Shown here one piece after another: positions 29,043 through 42,699 of a stretch of 64,000 bases of DNA. The position numbers were made by a program, and so were the translations under genes. Origin of the DNA: Octopus vulgaris (Eukaryota); NCBI GenBank assembly GCA_951406725.2, contig OX597816.1:124062001-124126000 (forward strand), written 5' to 3'. The notes beneath the pieces were generated by a model that made no database searches, had not been told where the DNA came from, and worked only from the letters and a program-made list of their open reading frames with translations. How positions within the stretch are numbered: the first letter of the stretch is position 1; the number at the start of each line of letters is the position of its first letter.

Positions 29043-29088
<46 letters not shown>

Positions 29089-29151
29089 TTATATTTATCT
29101 ATTTATTTATATATATAATCAAAGTAAGCAACAAGGATATCCAGAAGTAAT

Positions 29152-29200
29152 GCAGTATGATCGTTTCATGCAACTTCATTTAATTGAACATTCTGGCTGC
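29152..29200 (-). ncRNA. Degenerate hammerhead motif
   Basis: gcag [damaged CUGA core] atg...gcat GAAA cgatca TA ctgc; same GAAACGATCRTA as 41867 and 41986. Confidence 0.4.
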
Positions 29201-29261
29201 CTCAACTTAAGTACTATATTCATCTGAATCTAAACTTTTGAACTCATCTACCATACCCAAA

Positions 29262-29300
<39 letters not shown>

Positions 29301-29339
29301 TATATAATGTCTCAGCATATATATATAATGTCTCAGCTG

Positions 29340-29530
29340 GATTGATATATGACGTTGTTCCAGTTAGGATTTTTATTTTCATGTTTGAAAATGACCTCCT
29401 ACTCTTAGTTACATACCTTGTGAAATATGGAAAGTAAGATAACCATACGTGCATGCCTTACCAAAGCAAATGCAAAATGGAACATGTCTTGAGCTCATGC
29501 AAAGTTTTACTATTCCAAAGGAATTGAAAG
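29340..29530 (+). mobile_element. HERO/RLE-type non-LTR fragment (CCHC knuckle region)
   Basis: RIF...DLL...KYGK...C...MEHVLSSCKVLLFQ (cf. DLLPTP.NL..WG...C..C...EHILSSC..AL.QG). Confidence 0.5.
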
Positions 29531-31302
29531 ATGGAATTAGACAGAAAACAAAAATGCCAGCTTTAAAGGAAATTCTTCAATTAGTCTCAGATTTTCAGCT
29601 TTTCCATAGTGTCTGAAACTGAAAAACCACTGAAAATTAACATACAATATAGATTTACTTACTACTGTATTCAACGAAAACTTTAAATAACTTTGGAAAA
29701 AGTTATCAGTTCTCTACATCTGTCTTATTTACACATTGTGTAAGAAATTTGATTAAAGAAAAAAAATTAGGATCAAAATTTGAGGTGTAGCATTATACAA
29801 GGGTTTAAAGAAGAAAAGGCAAAAAGAAAAAAAAATGCTTAACAAATCTGTGAAAATGAAGAAGTCAAAAAGAAGATAGCAAACATAGTATTCCAGAGAT
29901 ATCTAATGATTAATGTACACACTTTATTACCTGTGGCTGTGAAGCACCATAGAGATGGTGAATACCTCCAATAGCACATTGCTAATTCTGTTAGCAAACT
30001 GGTAGTGAGTCGTTATATATTGTGTTGTTCAAAAGTGATTATTTGATTTAAAAGAATATAATTTAAACTGAGAAAGTTACATTACTAACATGTAGGAGTT
30101 GAAAAAAAAATTCTATATATAAAATAAAAGTATGACTATAGGCACAAAAATTACTTGTGTAGTGAAGAACTTCATTTCACAACTGCATAGCCTTGGGTTC
30201 AGTCCTCTTGCATGGCACCTAGAGCCATGGTATTCTGCTATAGCTCCAGACTGGCCAACACTTTGTGAGTGAAATTAAGAGTTGGAAACTGAGCAGAAAC
30301 CTGTTACATGTGCGCATGCATACATTCATACCTACTCACCTGCCAAAGGTCAACTTTGCCTTTCATCCTTTCAGGTTTGATAAATTAAGTACCAGTTGTG
30401 TACTGGAGTAGATCTAACTGACTAGCCCCCTTTCCAAAAATTTCCTCTATTTCTTGTAGTTAGCATTCCTTTACTCATGCACTGATGATCTAAATAATTT
30501 TCCATTTCTCGTTACCTAAATTGTTGAGTCCAAACTGCCAACATCTCTGCACTCATTACTCTAGCCAGTTTTTACACCCTAGAACATTGACCCCTTGAAA
30601 TTTTCTTCCTGCTCATGTCTTCCTTTCAGGTTTATCATCCTAGAACAGTTTACATGGAACCTTACTGGAGTGGGGCTAACCTTCATATAATCCTGAGTAG
30701 TACTCTTTCCTCATGACACTCTAATGACAACAACAAATAAAAGAGTACAATATAAGTGTCAATGTCAAAACAAACATATTACTTGCAGTGTAAAATTTAA
30801 ACATAGTTATAGTATTTGCTGTAATGAACTATGATTGTTTGGCCTCTTGGAAGTGTGATATTGTTGAGATCAACTTCAGGCTATGGTGAAAGAACAAAGC
30901 TCAGCTGCAGAAAATGTTAAGCACTAAAAAGTAGACAGTGAAAGCAGACTCATTATCTAGAATGAGAAAAAGTATAAACGTATTAGCAGATTAGGTGAAA
31001 GAAAAAAGAGAAGTATGTATGTGTGTGTGTGTGTGTGTGTGCGTATGCATGTATACATATATATACATACACACACACACACACACAATATGCATGTATG
31101 TATAAATAACAACAGATGGATAATGTTTCAATTCACTACGGCCATTTCCAATGAATTTTTAATTAATTAATAAAGACATTACATCATTAGGAAAAAAACC
31201 ATTTTCCTTAGGTAAATACATGAACCACAACATTTAAAAATGTTCAAAAATCAACAGCATATGCACCTTCATGATTTCTGGTTCACTTGAATCCTAATCT
31301 TT

Positions 31303-31339
<37 letters not shown>

Positions 31340-31550
31340 TTTGCTCTTTTACTCTTTTACTTGTTTCAGTCATTTGATTGTGGCCATGCTGGAGCAACGC
31401 CTTTAGTTGAGCAAATCAACCCGAGGACTTATTATTTGTAAGCCTAGTACTTATTCTATCGGTCTCTTTTTGCTGAACCACTAAGTTATGGAGAAGGAAT
31501 ATTAAAACCCTCAGTTGTCAAGCGATGTTGGGGACAAACACAGACACATA
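31340..31550 (-). mobile_element. SINE family A 3' half, adjoining the Gypsy LTR
   Basis: Reverse complement of 1200-1400. Confidence 0.75.
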
Positions 31551-31557
31551 TACATAT

Positions 31558-32539
31558 TGTTATGAACCTGCTGTCGCTCAACTCAAACTCGGGACCCTAA
31601 GTCGAGCGAAGACGATCACACTCAGTCAAATCGGGAATCCGCCACAGAAAATGGTGGTGTGATGACAGCGAACACGGACCGGTGACCGGAGATAACAACA
31701 ACAAAAACAACAGGAAGAAAGAGACACGGCGGAAGGCAGTAGCTTACATTTAAGAACAGTTTATACAATTATTACAACATCAAATAAAACTTAATACATA
31801 TCAGATGCATTAAAGAAAATAACATGCAACAGAATTAAAAAGAAAGCCAACCAAAGGCATGCACAATACAACAAGTCCGAAGACAATCAAAACATTAATG
31901 TTCAATGCAACATAGAGTTCGAAACAGTTCAAATCAAAGTCTTTTTCTTTCCTTCTTTCTCTTTCTTTAACACAATGTTCTTTTCCTTTCTTTTTAACAC
32001 AATTCACAATTCTTTTTCTTCTTTTTACAACAGATTACAGTTTACGTCATAATCTCGTTTCTTTTACATTTCACGTCAAAAACATAAACAAAGCATACCA
32101 CATGTTTCCTCATTTACAAACTCCTACTACAAGCATTCTAGTCTTCTCGCCGTAATCTCCCTTTCGCTTTACATGTCCTCAGTGCTATCTGCCTGTCCCT
32201 CTTGCCTCTTGCCAACTGTCATCTCTGCATCGACCCTCATGCCAACTGACAGTCTCAGGCAAAACTGACCAACCCAGGCCAACTCTCTCTTGCCAACTGC
32301 TCCTGATGCCAACTCATCTCCTCTTGCCAACTGATCAACAAAACCCCAGCTCCTGCATTTTAAAGGGTAGCATTTTAATTTTTTTTCCTTAAACTTTGCT
32401 TGACCGGAAAAGGGTCAGAGGTATTCTCCAACCTCATTAATTTCATTAGAAATGACAGGACAAAAGCTTTTCCCCGTCTATCTGGCACCAAACCACGAAA
32501 CCAGGCCACAGCACTCTTTCTCCGAATGACCCCGTATCA
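31558..32539 (-). mobile_element. Gypsy 3' LTR (about 980 bp)
   Basis: TG...CA termini with imperfect inverted ends (TGATACG/CATAACA); PPT agggagggggtag directly upstream on minus (32540-32552); internal tgccaactg subrepeats. Confidence 0.8.
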
Positions 32540-32552
32540 CTACCCCCTCCCT

Positions 32553-33480
32553 AAGCTTTGTCGACCCGACAGAAGCACACTATAACTGTACCTCTGAGGG
32601 TGAGCTCCAGCAGATGTTCCAGGAATTGGAGGTCTCCCTGGGTAGCTTCTCTTCTAGAGGTCTCGCTTCCTACGGCCACCATTTCACCACCGGCCACAAG
32701 TTGGCATCTTCCCTCAGCGGTTGGGAAACGGTTCTGCCAATGCCGCAAGGCTTCCTACGAGCTGCCTACAATAGGCGCACCATCCGAGGAAGTTCCTTAA
32801 CTCCCTCACACAAGCAGGGTCCGGCCAATCCTTCACAGTGGCCACCTCCCTCAGCGCTATGTATCCCACGTAGCACCTTGCTGTGCCGTCTCCGTTCTGC
32901 ACAACCAAGGCCGACGACCAGAGACCGCTCTGCCTTTTCACTGCTCCCTGTCATCGATATCTCCTCATTTTCCGTAGCCGAACTGGGACCATCTTCCGAC
33001 CTTGCTGCCTCCTCAAACGATGACCGCCCGAGTCGATGAAGCACTCCGCCAGGTCCATGCGACCAACATCCTGCATACCTCGTGACCAACGTCCTGCACT
33101 TTTCACCAACGGTTGCTTCTTTCGCAACACCCGAGTGCCAGCCAAGCACCGGCGACTCCTTGCAGACCGCTTCCGCAACTGTACAGGCAGACCATCAACT
33201 CCTTCAACTGCGCTCTTGTATTGGCACAACTGGCCCTGCCACTGGTTCACCGTCTGGTGCCGTTTTCTGATTTGCCCTCTACAAATCGCTTGTGCCGCCT
33301 CCAATAAATCGGCCGACCTAACCAGCACTCTGTCAGCTTCTGCCTCTACCAGGGTCCACCCGACCCTCACTCGAGCTTTCAGCATGCACTGCCTGTTGGG
33401 CTCCACCAGCCCCAAGCAACCATCGAACACAAATCTCACCCGAGTGCCAACCAAGCACCGGCGACTCCCTCCAAGTAAGC
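32553..33480 (-). pseudogene. Gypsy pol remnant with large internal deletions
   Basis: WSSALVVQNGDGTARCYVGYIAL joined to VKDWPDPACVRELRNFLGWCAYCRQLV..AALAEP; upstream protease-RT spacer-like LVEP...VLVR. Confidence 0.8.
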
Positions 33481-33529
33481 AAGCTACTTACCACACATCC
33501 ACTCCTGCTCATATAAAATATATATATAT

Positions 33530-33760
33530 CTTTCTTTATTGCCCACAGGGGGCTAAACATAGATGAGACAAACAAGGACTGACAAAGGGATTGAGTCAAT
33601 TACATCAACCCCAGTGCATAACTGGTTCTTATTTAATCAACCCTGAAAGAATGAAAGGCAAAGTTGACCTCGGCAGAATTTGAACTGAGAACGTAATGGC
33701 AGATGAAATACCGCTAAGAATTTCGCCTGGCATGCTAACATTTCTGCCAGCTTGCCACCT
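33530..33760 (-). mobile_element. SINE family B
   Basis: Reverse complement of the 15303 family. Confidence 0.75.
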
Positions 33761-34059
33761 TTTATACACATATATATTATTATGAGTATAAAGGAATAAG
33801 ATCAGGATGGCATCAACCACATAGCAATTTTTATAGCCGTATCAAATTTCTAAATCTCCCCCTCACTTCCTTTTATCTCTCAAAAACCATAACAAAGTAA
33901 CATTAGTCATGTATAAATACACTCAGATCACTTTGTACCACATCTGTGGACAGGCTTTGACTACGGCTACATTGTCAAAGACATATGTTTGTAAATGCAT
34001 TTGCTAGTTCTCTATGAAGGAGAAACACTTGTCGGTCATATTCAGTGTAATTGTCTTAC

Positions 34060-34104
<45 letters not shown>

Positions 34105-34770
34105 TATATATATATCTGTATGTATGTACACACACACATATATATGTATATTTTCAGAAGTCAAACAAGTATAGTAATAGCCAAACAGATGGGAAGACAT
34201 ACTTAATGCACTGAATGCACAGATGTACAGATGAACGGAGAACAGACACAAGTCACAAATTTTTTGCCAGGCTGTGTGAATACAATTTCATGCCATTATT
34301 GGTAATATTGCATCCACCCTGGAGGCAACAAGCAAGAAAACTTAGTGGAGAAGTGACCAAAACATAACAAAACAAGACAAACAACAAAGAGGAATGGGGG
34401 CAAAAAAAAAAATGAAATAAATAACTGAATATGGCCTTAAGGGCAGGCAAAGACAACAAAAAATAATACTACATAAAGCTGTGGGCTAGCAGACAAACAA
34501 GTGTGGAGTAATGCAAATGAGAAGGAAAACTGTCTTACAGGACTAAAACATACACAAGGGAAAGGTAGAGTGAGCAGCTCAGAAAAGTATGACTGATCAG
34601 GTCGAAGGCAAATGCAGAAAAGAATGACACTACCTTAGATTGTGACCAGTCACGTGGTTGTGGCAAGTGGGAGCAGGAGTCAGAGGGACTAGAGAACAAC
34701 GGGGAAGGAAAGAGAGAAAAAGAGAGGCAAAAGAAAGCAAAGAGATAGACTAATATATATGAGTGTGTGT

Positions 34771-34801
<31 letters not shown>

Positions 34802-35999
34802 CGTGCGCGAGAGTGTGTGTGTGTGTGTGTGCGTGCACTAGAGTGTGTGTGTGTGTGTGTGTTCAGTGTAATATATGAATTCATAGGATTATGTGTCTGT
34901 CACAGAAAGCTTCTCTATCAGTTTGGTTAGCAGACCACATAATAATCCAACACAGAGGAATATAATGCAAAGTTCTTTGCAGTTGAAATCTAAGCAATCC
35001 AATTGATGAGATTATTTCCTGAGAAGTACAGGGAGCATAAAAAAGTCAGGTGGTATAAGGAGTGAATATATTTATTTAACCATTTGACATCCTTAGGGTT
35101 ACAGTCGTTTCACAGCTTTCATCATGCTATGCATTATACAATACAATTGAAAATTTACAAACCAATGTAGATGAAGAAGGCTAGCTCTTCAGATCACCAG
35201 AACATCAGGGTTACAGCAATGTATCAACTAAAGTGTTTCCCCAAACTTTTTATCAATGGTTTTTCTGTATCCCTTGTTCTACAAAACAAGTTCTAGAAAT
35301 ACCTAAGTATTGATGAAAATATATCATACAAAGGTACCTTGAACAAGGAGTAACTAAAGAACATTACACCATTCAATAAGAGTTTTCCTTTTTATAGACA
35401 ATATATATCATGACGCAATTCAGGCGCAAAAGATAGTTATGATATATTTCAAACAGAACAGCAAAGCTCTTAAAATCCCAAGATGCAGCCACAAGTGTTG
35501 ACTATATCATCCTTCTGTGGAGCAGATGACATATAATCAGCAGGTATCCAAAAATTTCATTGTGGAACTACCTTATATGGCAATATGATGTTGTTGCTAA
35601 AACAAGTATATGACACTGATCTCAAGATGCTGAATTTTACAGAAGAGATAACAAAGGACTGAGATGATTGACAATTTGCTGTGCTTGAGTAGCCCCATCC
35701 ATCACAGTAGAAATGGTAGCCTACTGACATTTAAGATATTTGACATTCTATGGAAGAAATCCTGATACTAGCTGTGAATTTCCACAGAAGCATTGATTTT
35801 GATGAAAAGTGGGAGCAAAAGGCTTATGATCAGTACAGATAGACTTTGAGTGCTGTATGATAGCAGCAAAAATAAATACATCAACGAAGTGTCCCATGAC
35901 AAAGTGAATAATATCCTGTTGTGAACTCCTTAAGAAATACTCACTTTCTAATGATCTCCCATATAGACACCAAAAAGTGCAAAATTTGCATGTCTCTGT

Positions 36000-36510
36000 A
36001 AAAACCTGGAAAAGACAAGGACATTCCTGAGGATACTTCCTTCGAAGATTTTCTGCTAAAGGCTGATGTCAACCCACAGGAATACCAGGGTGTGGTGAAA
36101 CTAGTGAAATTGGGGAAACAGGTGGTATTGAAGTGTCAACCTTCAGAAAGGTGGGTCTATCAGTATAATCCGAAGATCCTCAAAACCTGGCATGCCGACA
36201 TGGACCTGCAGTTCATCATGGACCCATACTTGTGCATCATGTACATCACCAGTTACATGATGAAAAGTGAGAGGGCTATGAGTGAACTGCTGAAAAAAGT
36301 AGCTGAAGAAAGTAGAGGTGAAGACTTGAAATCAAAACTGAGAATAGTAGGATCAGGTTTTCTGAACAACAGGGAAGTTAGTACTCAGGAGGCTGCCTAC
36401 AGGATCCTCTCCCTGCCACTGAAGAGGGCCAGTTGAAAAATGCTGTTTATCAACACTGCACCAAAAGACAAATGTGTATCCATGCTTAAGCCGCAGAAGA
36501 TCCTCCAGAA
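36000..36510 (+). mobile_element. Helentron/Helitron2 Rep-region fragment
   Basis: YNPKILKTWHADMDLQF...YITSYMMKSE...FLNNREVSTQEAAYRILSLPL. Confidence 0.8.
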
Positions 36511-37304
36511 ATATTTTTAAGTGAATGTGATTTCAAAAATGTAAATTGTTTGTACAATAAATATTTATATTTTAGCTTTCTTTAAGCAGACAATATTTTA
36601 ATGTTTTTTAAAATTATTTTCAAGTAAATACCATTACAAAAATCTTTGTTGGCATAAATATTTCATAAAAGACCCATTCGTAACCTCAGTGTGAAATAAT
36701 TTTTTTCCATGGGATTTTTCAAGTGCATTCAATGTATCTCATGCTATTTCTAGCATGCCCTAACTATCACACAACTACTGGGCATGCAAGATATAGCAGC
36801 CAAACTTTTCTTTTTCTGGAGAAAGGAGCTGCTTACGCGTGGTTTTGATGCTACATTTGTTGAAAGCATGCAAAATAACCGGGAAAAGAAAAAAAAGACC
36901 CACAAAACAAAATTCCATTGCTGGGAAACTCCGACTTTCTCATTGACCCAACATGTTATGGGTAGTCTAGTATATATCAAAAATGGGGGAAGGCTGGTTT
37001 ATAGGATTACCCTAGGTTTCCTGTCCATAAATGGTTTAACTTCCCAAAAGCTTGTTGGCCCATGACCTCTTAAAAATATGGGCCAGCAGGATTTTGGGAT
37101 CTGACAATACACCATAAAGCTAAACCCTCTATGAACAGGAAACCTAAGGTAATCCCTTAAATCAGCCTTCCCCATTTTTAATATATGCTGCTCTACATCA
37201 TATAGTGTGCTTCTTCTTTCAGATGTTTGTTTTTTACAAACGATATATATATGTATGTATGTGTATATGTGTGTGTGTGTGCTTGTGTATGTGTGTGTAT
37301 ATTT

Positions 37305-37341
<37 letters not shown>

Positions 37342-37392
37342 CATATATATATACATCTATATACACACATATATATACACATATATATGTAT

Positions 37393-37452
<60 letters not shown>

Positions 37453-39636
37453 ACATGTATGTATCTATATATGTATATATATATGTATATATATCTATGT
37501 ATATATATATGTATATATATCTATGTATATATATATGTATATATATCTATGTATATATGTATATATATATAAAACCTCACTATATGTAAAGTTGCAAGCA
37601 AAGAAAAGTTTAATCAAAAGGGATGGTGGGACTTATTTGAAGAATCAGATGATGAATCAGATCTTGATAGTTTTTAAGCGATAAACTCATTTATGGATGA
37701 TGACCTTTTTTTAACCTGTGCTACAGCTTTCATTCAATAGCTTTTAAGCAAAAGTTACTGAGCAAACAAATCCAGGAACCATGCCAGATATAGTGTTTGT
37801 GTTTAGTTTTTTTTGTTTTTTGTTTTTAGCTTCAATGTTTTATGTGTGTTAAATTTTACAGCAATATTCCATTGGTTTCTTTAATAAAATTATAAATAAC
37901 TATGGCTGTACTTGGAGGTCACATTATATAACATGATAAAATATATTACTAACTTTTAGTAGCAAAAATTGAGGGATAGGATGCATTATATTTAAGATCA
38001 CATTTTACTTGATAAATGTGGCTATTTTCCTTTTAATAATTCAAGTGCTATTGAAGATGAAGATAATGGAAATAATTGTTCCTAACATTGGAATGCAAAT
38101 TTTAAAAGAGAGGTATAATTCATAGGAATGATTCCAGTTTGACTAATTCAACCTTAAGGATGTATGATATAATATAGATATAATACCAATTTTCTGGCAA
38201 TTGATTTCATTTTCACATCCAAAATGACAAGCACACATAATTATACCTCATGATGAAACATCACAATGGTTAAAAAAAATAACACCCAGTCAAAACCTAC
38301 AACTAAAAGTACAAGACGAATTAACATTTAGTGAGAATTTAATTGAAGAAAATGTCCTTAATACTCAAATAAATAATCTGAAACACAGCAAGCATAACAT
38401 GAACAGTAGCAATTATTACACTCCAAACTCTATGGACCATTCATTTTGTAGTTTTCTAAAGACAAACCTTTCTTTAAAGCAAAATGAACAAACAAAAAGT
38501 AGACTGGAGAATTTTATAAAATCCAACAACATTTCTTTGTCATCGAAGATAACCCAGGAGAATGTGAAGAGAAAAGTTATATAACTCTGACTATGTAAAG
38601 ATGGAAGTGACCTAAATTTCACTTCACATTCAGTAATGCAACAAGCTTCTCCAGAATATATCATGAATATTTATCGCACATGGAAAAAGGGAAGAAAAAT
38701 CATAGCTGTATATAATGAACTTTTTCAATCAAAAAACACAGGCTGAAATTATCATGGGCCAATGAAAGACACTGGATATGTCGTAGATCTCTGGCATAGT
38801 TACCTCTGTCTCAGTACTATAAAGAGGTCAAAGCAGACATAAGGAATGTGATCTGTCAAAATAGGATGTCAAAATGGACTTGCAAGTCCTAATGAACTCC
38901 AAAGGCCACAGAGCAGTACCAGAACTATACCTAATAGAAGATGTTGAAACAAAAGCATAAGATTGAAGAGACTGAGTAGAAAGCCTTCTTGTTGTATTAT
39001 TAGAGCAAAACACACCTTAGAAGTTGGAAAACTAAGTAAAAATAAGAGTAACAAAAATTATGAAGAGCAACACCAACAACATAACAATCCTTGGGAATTA
39101 CAAAAAAATATCTTTAGGTCAAATATTACAGATAGATGAACAGACACCTCTTCTCCTAACCTGTAGTGACACAATTTTATCGTGCAATGAGAAAGAAATA
39201 ATTAGAGATGAAAACACAAATGGAAAAAGAGAAAGACAGAAATCTCCACTATACCCCACCACCACCACCACCATCACCAAAAATAGATAAAAAGACTCAG
39301 TACAAAACAACCAAAACTCTTGAGGAGAAACAATTTCTTCTAAACGACACCAAAATACCTCCTCAGGAAAATAACGAAGGAAGTGCAGAGAACAAAGCTG
39401 AACTAAGATTTACTGTCCTCTGAAAATCAAATTAACAGATAATAGACAAAATCACGTATCTCTGATGCCACAGACTTACGGAAGACGATATAATGACACC
39501 TAAGCAATTAGTTTTGGAATATAAACCACGTGCATATAATTAAAATTAACACATTAAATAAGAAAAAAAATTTTTTTTTTCAGATATCGGTGTATTTCAA
39601 CATCAAATAACCTGCCACCAAAAAGAAAACAAAGAG

Positions 39637-39722
<86 letters not shown>

Positions 39723-40022
39723 AAACATGAAAAGAAAGTAAATGTATTTGGTTGTTCTCTAACACAATTTAAGAAATGCTTAAATGCACATGATTGTGGA
39801 ATCCCAAACTCAACCTAATTAGTAATCTTTCATGTTATATATTCTTTGAATTATCTTGTGTTAATTGTTATGTGTTTTATCATATTTTTAAAAAATAAAT
39901 TTATAGTTCATCCACCACTGTCCGTGAAACCACAGTTTACAACCAGGAAACACAATGTGAAGACAAGAGAAATGCAAATTCACACAAACACACAAATGCA
40001 CAGACAAACATATATGCATATA

Positions 40023-40672
40023 TCATCATCATCATCATCGTTTAACGTCTGCTTTCCATGCTAGCATGGGTTGGACGATTTGACTGAGGACTGGCGAGCT
40101 AGATGGCTACCCCAGGCTCCAATCTTGATCTGGCAAAGTTTCTACTGCTGGATGCCCTTCCTAACACCAACCACTCCGAGAGTGTAGTGGGTGCTTTTAT
40201 GTGCCACTGGCATGGGGGCCAGTCAGGCAGTACTGGCAATGACCTCGCTCAAATCTTTTTACACATGCCACCGGCACAGGTGCTAGTAAGGCGATGCTGG
40301 AAACAATCACACTTGAATGGTGCCTTTTACATGCCACCAGCATGGAAGCCAGTTAGCTGCTCTGACAATGATCATGCTCGGATGGTGCTCTTAGCACCCT
40401 ACTAGCATGGGGCACAAGTACCAGTAAGGCGACGTTGGTAATGATCACACTCGAATGGTGCCTTTTATGTGCCACTGGCACGGAAGCTGGTTAGCCGCTC
40501 TGTCAACGATCACACTCGTATGGTGCTCTTTGCACCCTGCTAGCACGGATGCCAGTCATCGAATTTGATTTCGATTTCACTTGCCTCAACAGGTCTTCCC
40601 AAGCAGAGTTTAGTGTCCAAAGAAGGAAAAGGTATGCATAAGTGGGCTGGTTACGCCTCTGGCATAGGCCAC
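40023..40672 (-). mobile_element. RTE-associated 3' UTR repeat with tandem subunits
   Basis: Homologous to 27064-27700 and 43200-43705. Confidence 0.8.
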
Positions 40673-40868
40673 ATACATACATATATTTGTGTGTGTGTGT
40701 GTATGTATACATGCACACACACACACACATATATGGAGAGAGAATGTAGAGAAAAGTCAGGAGAAATGAGATGACTATATTTATCTCAAACTGCCCAACT
40801 TTCTTTTTATTCTATGTGTACTTCTCATAATATAATCTTTACTGATTGGATTTACTGGATTTCAACTG

Positions 40869-41230
40869 CATAGGAATCTACATTTCACTCCTAGTTATTG
40901 GTTTACTAGGGAGTTTGTAGCTATGGCCACTGAAGGAGCTTTTTGTCATTGCCATTGTATTATATAGATCCATATATTGTACATAAATCTTTTTATAGAT
41001 GTATATTCAGACACATGCATTGTTCAATAAGCTATTTAGCTTCTAAATCAGTGGATGAATTTATCAGTGGGCAGTTTAGCTTAATGATAAAGCACTCAGC
41101 CAGACCTTTGGGGGATGTGTGTTCGAGTCTCATGGCTGTTCATTGACAAATTTTTCTGCCTTGTAAGGGTAATTTACCTAGTATTTTTGTTGTTCTAATG
41201 GCAAACCTGCTTTCGAAAAAGTATCTTCTT
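40869..41230 (-). mobile_element. Possible PLE GIY-YIG tail with decayed HHR (40869-40925)
   Basis: AECFIIKLNCPLI (EA..I....P.LN-like); catag [damaged core] actccctag...ctaggagt GAAA tgtagat TC ctatg. Confidence 0.35.
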
Positions 41231-41866
41231 GTTTGTATCATACAATACACATTTCAATGCTTCTAATAAAAACAAAAGTTAGTTTAATTATATACACACA
41301 CACACACACATACACACATATGTACTTTTTTATGTATGTATGTACATATGTATGTATAAACATATTAGCCAAAGTTTACAGTATTGTTGATCAGTTTCAG
41401 CTTATTTTACCAATCACTTTTACACTGGGTTTCAGTTATCTAGATATTAGACAACTGCACAGTTAAGAAACACCATTTACTGTTATCTAATAACAGTGCA
41501 AAAATTATTGGTAAGATTGACTGGAAAGGTAGTAAGTTGGCAGAAACGTTAGCACACCTGGCAAAATGCTTAGCGGTATTTCGTCTGCTGTTACATTTTG
41601 AAAACTCTTGCCTAAGGTGTTATGCAGCGGGGCTCAACCCGGAACCATATGGTTGGGAAGCAAGCTTCTTACACAGGCACTCGTATACTTGTATACATAT
41701 GTATGTATGTATGTATATATATATATATATATATATTATATTAAATTAGTGATAAAACCACTATTAGGCAAATCATACAATGAAAAACTTAAGCCAATAC
41801 ATAAGATTAATTAATTTATATTATTTAAATATATATCAAAATTATTAAAAAATATAATTAGTATAA

Positions 41867-41930
41867 CACTACGATCGTTTCATGGCTGTCCAATTCTTAA
41901 AAATTTCGAGTTACAGTCATTCTTCAGGTG
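41867..41930 (-). ncRNA. Type I hammerhead motif, intact core
   Basis: cac CTGAAGA atgactgt...acagccat GAAA c gatc g TA gtg. Confidence 0.75.
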
Positions 41931-41985
41931 GTTTAAATATTTAACTTAGCGATTGACTAAACCTCGCTAAGTTAAATATTTAAAC

Positions 41986-42049
41986 CACCTGAAGAATTAC
42001 TGTAACTCGAAATTTTTAAGAATTGGACAGCCATGAAACGATCATAGTG
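41986..42049 (+). ncRNA. Type I hammerhead motif, sister copy (stem III G>A)
   Basis: cac CTGAAGA attactgt...acagccat GAAA cgatca TA gtg. Confidence 0.65.
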
Positions 42050-42259
42050 TTATACTAATTATCTTTTTTAATAATTTTGATATATATTTAAATAATATAA
42101 ATTAATTAATCTTATGTATTGGCTTAAGTTTTTCATTGTATGATTTGCCTAATAGTGGTTTTATCTCTAATTTAATATAATATAATATTTTACTATAAAA
42201 TTGGATTCAATCCTAAATCTGATTTTTCCCTGTAAGTTTGGATTTATTCCCTAATATTT

Positions 42260-42301
<42 letters not shown>

Positions 42302-42326
42302 ATATATATCTATATCTATCTATCTA

Positions 42327-42371
<45 letters not shown>

Positions 42372-42392
42372 GTATTATATATATATATGTAT

Positions 42393-42453
<61 letters not shown>

Positions 42454-42454
42454 C

Positions 42455-42609
42455 TAAATGTAATATGTAACAATTATTCGGTAGCCTAGATAAAACTCCG
42501 AGTTTCAGATGCAGGATAACTGAAGAGATGGTGGCGTGGATTTCCACCTCGGCATCCAAAACTCGGAGTTTTATCTTGGCTACTGAATAATTGTCACATA
42601 TTACATTTA
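42455..42609. repeat. Imperfect inverted repeat overlapping an HHR (42514-42576, +)
   Basis: ggataa CTGAAGA gatg...catcc AAAA ctcggag TT ttatct; the inverted partial copy keeps GAAActcggagTTttatc. Confidence 0.65.
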
Positions 42610-42699
42610 CAGATAAATTTCTCTTTTTACATAATATTGAGGTCTCTTTCTTTGTTTTGTTATCTTCTGTTTTTATCATAGAATATGAATAGCCTGGGC

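Larger units (their letters stand above)
41735..42182. repeat. Long palindrome (arms about 215 bp, about 12-nt loop) with an HHR in each arm
   Basis: ...ttaacttagcga [ttgactaaacc] tcgctaagttaa...; few mismatches. Confidence 0.95.

Noticed and set aside
32558-33566. GC-rich plus-strand ORFs as a host gene
   Set aside because: They are antisense shadows of the Gypsy pol remnant
38230-39500. A-rich coding-like region
   Set aside because: No recognisable motif and frequent stops; probably a decayed retroelement, but I cannot support a call
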